The notes under the pieces: generated by a model | Seen by the model: only the letters and a program-made list of their open reading frames with translations | Databases searched by the model: none | Told to the model about the DNA's origin: nothing | Assembly (NCBI GenBank): GCA_013153395.1 | Contig: JAADEL010000030.1 | Coordinates: 1 to 45,882 of the forward strand | DNA from: Candidatus Micrarchaeota archaeon | Lineage (GTDB): Archaea; Micrarchaeota; Micrarchaeia; Anstonellales; J096 | DNA: 45,882 nt | Reading direction: 5' to 3' | In this document: in pieces, positions 42,223 to 45,882 of the stretch | How positions within the stretch are numbered: position 1 is the first letter of the stretch | Layout of the letters: each line of letters begins with the position of its first letter | Translations under genes and position numbers: made by a program

Positions 42223-43860
42223 ATGGACACTAAACGCGATACTAAACTGGATGCTCAACAATATTACGAGATGGGTACAGAGTACCTTAAACGCAAAGAA
42301 TATGATAAAGCTATTGAGAAGTTCTCCACTGCTATCATCCTTAACAGGGTGATGTCCGAGGCTTATTTCGGAAGGGCCCTTGCCCATTATCACCTTAAAG
42401 AATATGATGAGGCCCTTAAGGACTATACCAAGGCCCTAGAGCTTGACCCAAAAAACCCTGTCATATACAACAACCGAGGAGATGTTTATTACAAGAAAGG
42501 AGACCTAAAGGCCGCTATCAAGGATTATGATAAAGCCATCCTCTACAATCCCAATTATATGAAGGCCTACTATAACCGAGGGCTTTGTTATGCCTCGTTG
42601 GAGCAATATGACAAGGCAATCGAGGACTTTACCACCACCATCCAGCTCCAGCCTGATTTTGCGGAGGCCTATTATCTTCGAGGTCTTGCCTATGAGTATT
42701 CCAACATGTTTGATGAGGCCATCAAGGACTTCGAGAAGGCCCTGGAGTTGGACCCGATGTTCGAGGAGGCCCGCCAGCACCTAGAGGCAGTAAAGGCCAA
42801 AAAGGCAGGAGGAGGAGATAGCTCCTCGGGTCAAGGAAGCGGAGATGTCAGGGTAATCAAGGACACTGGATTAACCTTCAAGGATTTGGCGGGTATGGAG
42901 AAGCTTAAGGAGGAGCTCCGCCAAGCCATCATTTACCCTATGGAGAACCCAGACCTTGCCCGTGAATATGGTGTGCTAGGAGGTGGAGGTATCTTGATGT
43001 ATGGACCTCCGGGTTGTGGAAAGACATATTTTGTGAAGGCGGCAGCTGGAGAGGCTAAGGTGGCCTTTATCAATGTGAAGCTCTCTGATATCTTGGATAT
43101 GTATGTGGGTAATACGGAAAAAAACCTTCACAAGGTGTTCGAGACTGCAAGAAAGCATGCTCCTGCCATCTTGTTCTTCGATGAGGTAGATGCTATCGGA
43201 GGACGCCGAGATGCCGGAGGTGGAGAGGCAGGACAGGCGTTGAGGTCGGCTATCAACCAGTTCCTTATTGAGATGGACGGTATAGAGGCCAATAACGAGA
43301 ATGTGTTAGTAATTGCAGCAACCAACGCTCCCTGGGATGTGGACCCTGCGTTAAGAAGGTCAGGAAGGTTCTCCCGCAACATCTTTGTTCCGCCACCTGA
43401 CTTTAAATCCCGTTTGGAGATCCTGAAGATCCATTCCAGGAAAAAGCCTCTGGCCAAGCATATTGCCTGGAACAGGTTGGCTATGCTTACAGTGGGATAT
43501 TCCTCGGCTGATATCAAGGCATTGGTGGATAAGGCAGCTACCTACCCTTGGATAGAGGCAAAGAAAACAGGTAAAAAGAGAAAGATAACCACCGCTGACT
43601 TTATCAGAGCCTCTAACGAGATCAAGAGCTCCTTAGGACCTTGGTATGCCCAGGCAAAGAAGAAGCTGGGTAAGAAAAAGGAGGTCATGTATATTGATGG
43701 AAAGAAGCATGAGAAGGAAATCGAGTCTGACATGGACCCAGAGGAAAAGGAGCAGTTCAAGCAACTAATTGATATTATTGAAAAGAATAATAAGTGGTAT
43801 GTGAAAGCGGGTATTGCAGGGATGAGATTGCTGGCCAAGTACGCACCTATTCCTTTTTAA
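42223..43860 (+). CDS. TPR-repeat plus AAA+ ATPase fusion (classic-clade, CDC48/Vps4-like ATPase module)
   Basis: About five 34-aa TPRs, Gly/Ser linker, GPPGCGKT, pore loop MYVG, FFDEVD, ATNAPWDVDPALRRSGRF. Confidence 0.9.
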   Translation: MDTKRDTKLDAQQYYEMGTEYLKRKEYDKAIEKFSTAIILNRVMSEAYFGRALAHYHLKEYDEALKDYTKALELDPKNPVIYNNRGDVYYKKGDLKAAIKDYDKAILYNPNYMKAYYNRGLCYASLEQYDKAIEDFTTTIQLQPDFAEAYYLRGLAYEYSNMFDEAIKDFEKALELDPMFEEARQHLEAVKAKKAGGGDSSSGQGSGDVRVIKDTGLTFKDLAGMEKLKEELRQAIIYPMENPDLAREYGVLGGGGILMYGPPGCGKTYFVKAAAGEAKVAFINVKLSDILDMYVGNTEKNLHKVFETARKHAPAILFFDEVDAIGGRRDAGGGEAGQALRSAINQFLIEMDGIEANNENVLVIAATNAPWDVDPALRRSGRFSRNIFVPPPDFKSRLEILKIHSRKKPLAKHIAWNRLAMLTVGYSSADIKALVDKAATYPWIEAKKTGKKRKITTADFIRASNEIKSSLGPWYAQAKKKLGKKKEVMYIDGKKHEKEIESDMDPEEKEQFKQLIDIIEKNNKWYVKAGIAGMRLLAKYAPIPF

Positions 43861-45882
43861 TCTTCTCTCGGATGGACTGGAGCTTCTTAGGAGGCTCCTG
43901 TTTATTCTTCTTGTAATAGAAGTAATAGAGGCCCACTGCCCCCAGAATAATTATTCCTCCTAGCCAAATAGGGAATCCTTCGCCCTTTTCTTGGGTTTGG
44001 ACAGTAGGTTCAGGGAGCTTTACCTTCTTGGCAAGCTGGTAGGCTTTCTTGAGTTGACCTTCTTCAAGGGCGGTTTTTGCCTCTGTGATATCTCCTCCGA
44101 GGCTTTCTAGCTCTTGGAGCTGAAGGGAGATCTTAGTGCGGGCTCTCTCGTATTGGGCCTTCATCTCCGCTTCTAAGCGGGTGAGCTCCTCTTTGGCCTT
44201 GGTTTGGTTGAATAGCCAGATTTCTGCTATCTCCTCTAATCGTGCCTTCACTTCCTTAGGAGAAAGGTTCATATACTCAGGGAAATAGACCTCCTCATAC
44301 CACTTCACAAAAGAGATGTTATAGGTGAAAGGATTGGCTTGGAGCTTCTCCAACTGAGAGAGGGCATAGAGGTCTCCTTTACTGGCATTGGTGTAAAGGG
44401 AGTTAAGATAGGTAAGGGCTTTGATGGTCTTATAGTTGCGTTTGAGTGTGGAAAGGATAGGGGTGGCTGCTGATTTGGCCTCTTTAGCCAGATAATTATC
44501 CGGATACTTGTACTTGAGAGGGTTTTCTAGATAGTATTGGAGGTATTCGCGATAGCGCTCTTTTATGGTCTGGGCAAGAGGAGTATCTACCATTATACTC
44601 TCCAACTCGGCAAGCTTTTGCTCTATGATGGATTTCCTTTCCTCTATCTCTTTTTCTTCGGCCAATCTCTCCGAGATTTTCTCTTGGAGCTTCAAGAGCT
44701 CAGGAAGGGTGCTTACATTCTCCAACCGTTCCTTTTCTTCTTCCGTGAGGTTGAGAGTGAGAAGCTCTGCTTTAAGGCGGGCAAAGGTGGTGTTGTTGGA
44801 AGGATGGGCAAGCATGATAGGCTCTCCTTCTCGAACAAGAGCTGGGAACTCCTTCAATGGTGTCCAGTTAAAGTAATGGAATTCCTCGATATAGAGGGTG
44901 TCCTCAGGCCATATTATCTTGCTAATCACATGGGTTTCATTCTCCTGGAAGTCCTGAAGGGAGAGGTTGATAGGCTGGGTGGTTGTGAGATTGAGGGTGA
45001 TTATCTCTCCGGCCTCATATGGTCCTTTATAAAGTTTGTTATCCCAAACAATGCTCTCTACCGGATAGTTAAATGCCAGGGTGGCCTCTTCTATAGTGAT
45101 CAAGGTATGGTTGTAGAGTTTGCTAGAGGAAGAGGTAAATTCTAGCAATACTGGAACAAGGGTTATCTCCCCGGTCTCCAACTTACATTCTCTAGGTAGA
45201 AGAGAAGGATAGGTAAAGTATTCGCCGAAGGCCTCCACATAATCGTTCTTTACCTTTACTTTCACATTCTCCAAAGTTATGTTGTAAGGGTTACATATGC
45301 GGGCTGTGACAGTGAGAGAAACCTCCTCGTTAGGGACTACTTCTTCTAAAACAGGGGCATCATAATCCACGATAGGTGAAAGCCTCTGAGCTAACTCCTT
45401 TATCAAAGCCCTATATTGGGATTCGATGTACTTGAGGTTACCGAGATCCTCTTTGAAGTCCAGATCTCCTCCATCTATCTCCTCTAATCGGGTATTCACA
45501 TAGGTGGTAAGGCCTGATGCGGTTGCTACTTCCAGGATAGTCCTCCTAAGCTCCGGAAGATAGTAGTATTTGTTGGAGGCCTTTTCTATAATGGAGGAGG
45601 CGAGCTGGGCAATCTTGAGCTCATACTCAGGGTCGAAGATAGAGAGAGCTCGGAAGATAGCTTCTTCTACACTCACATCGATATCGTCTCTTTTGGCCTT
45701 TTCTATGAGCTCGGAAAGTCCTAGTTCCTGTTCTAAAAGGTCCTCATAGAGAGCAAGGTCAAAGGAAGAAAGATAGAGATAGGTGGCTCCCAGCGTTTCT
45801 CTATCTCGATTGATATCGGCAAGAAGCTCTTGCTTAATAGAGGAGGTGGTGGAAAGCTTGTTAATGTATTCAGTGAGGTTAA
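43847..45882 (-). CDS. Large surface/envelope protein with C-terminal TM anchor (5' end outside the window)
   Basis: The frame stays open from 45676 to the window end. Many N-x-S/T sequons, a beta-rich region, coiled coils, and a TM followed by a Lys-rich tail. Confidence 0.8.
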   Translation of the reverse strand, partial: NLTEYINKLSTTSSIKQELLADINRDRETLGATYLYLSSFDLALYEDLLEQELGLSELIEKAKRDDIDVSVEEAIFRALSIFDPEYELKIAQLASSIIEKASNKYYYLPELRRTILEVATASGLTTYVNTRLEEIDGGDLDFKEDLGNLKYIESQYRALIKELAQRLSPIVDYDAPVLEEVVPNEEVSLTVTARICNPYNITLENVKVKVKNDYVEAFGEYFTYPSLLPRECKLETGEITLVPVLLEFTSSSSKLYNHTLITIEEATLAFNYPVESIVWDNKLYKGPYEAGEIITLNLTTTQPINLSLQDFQENETHVISKIIWPEDTLYIEEFHYFNWTPLKEFPALVREGEPIMLAHPSNNTTFARLKAELLTLNLTEEEKERLENVSTLPELLKLQEKISERLAEEKEIEERKSIIEQKLAELESIMVDTPLAQTIKERYREYLQYYLENPLKYKYPDNYLAKEAKSAATPILSTLKRNYKTIKALTYLNSLYTNASKGDLYALSQLEKLQANPFTYNISFVKWYEEVYFPEYMNLSPKEVKARLEEIAEIWLFNQTKAKEELTRLEAEMKAQYERARTKISLQLQELESLGGDITEAKTALEEGQLKKAYQLAKKVKLPEPTVQTQEKGEGFPIWLGGIIILGAVGLYYFYYKKNKQEPPKKLQSIREKIKKE

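Noticed and set aside
44537..45145. 202-aa plus-strand ORF
   Set aside because: Antisense to the large surface protein, with no motifs.
416..45882. Genetic code reassignment or programmed frameshifts
   Set aside because: All recognised genes translate intact with code 11, and TAA, TAG and TGA all serve as stops.

Overview
A gene-dense archaeal chromosome segment, mostly housekeeping. The streamlined proteins, many overlapping genes and class III signal peptide suggest a DPANN lineage, possibly Micrarchaeota-like (inference, not tested). It holds the rps17-to-secY/adk/DUF106 ribosomal cluster, a complete A1Ao ATP synthase operon (H-I-K-E-C-F-A-B-D) running on into a processive GT2, a thioredoxin-like membrane protein and taw3, a CBS-dnaG-rnz-PHP-EndoIII cluster, pheT, aspS, gdhA, thiolase-sufB-sufD, rps15-rps3ae-nac-rpl15e, a TPR-AAA+ ATPase, a partial large surface protein, and six tRNAs (two with introns). 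No rRNA, CRISPR array, transposase or integrase was seen. Most notable observations: (1) tRNA-Leu(CAA) shares its first base with the rpl15e stop codon and its CCA-terminal A with the next start codon, and tRNA-Ala overlaps the end of DUF106; (2) eight divergent gene pairs have a 50-56 bp gap with one central TATA box, implying bidirectional leaderless transcription; (3) an orphan islet is bracketed by two related ~100-aa Gly-rich membrane proteins; (4) a nested triple-hairpin element abuts tRNA-Ala, and a structured leader precedes dnaG. All protein calls come from motif recognition by eye; no searches were run.
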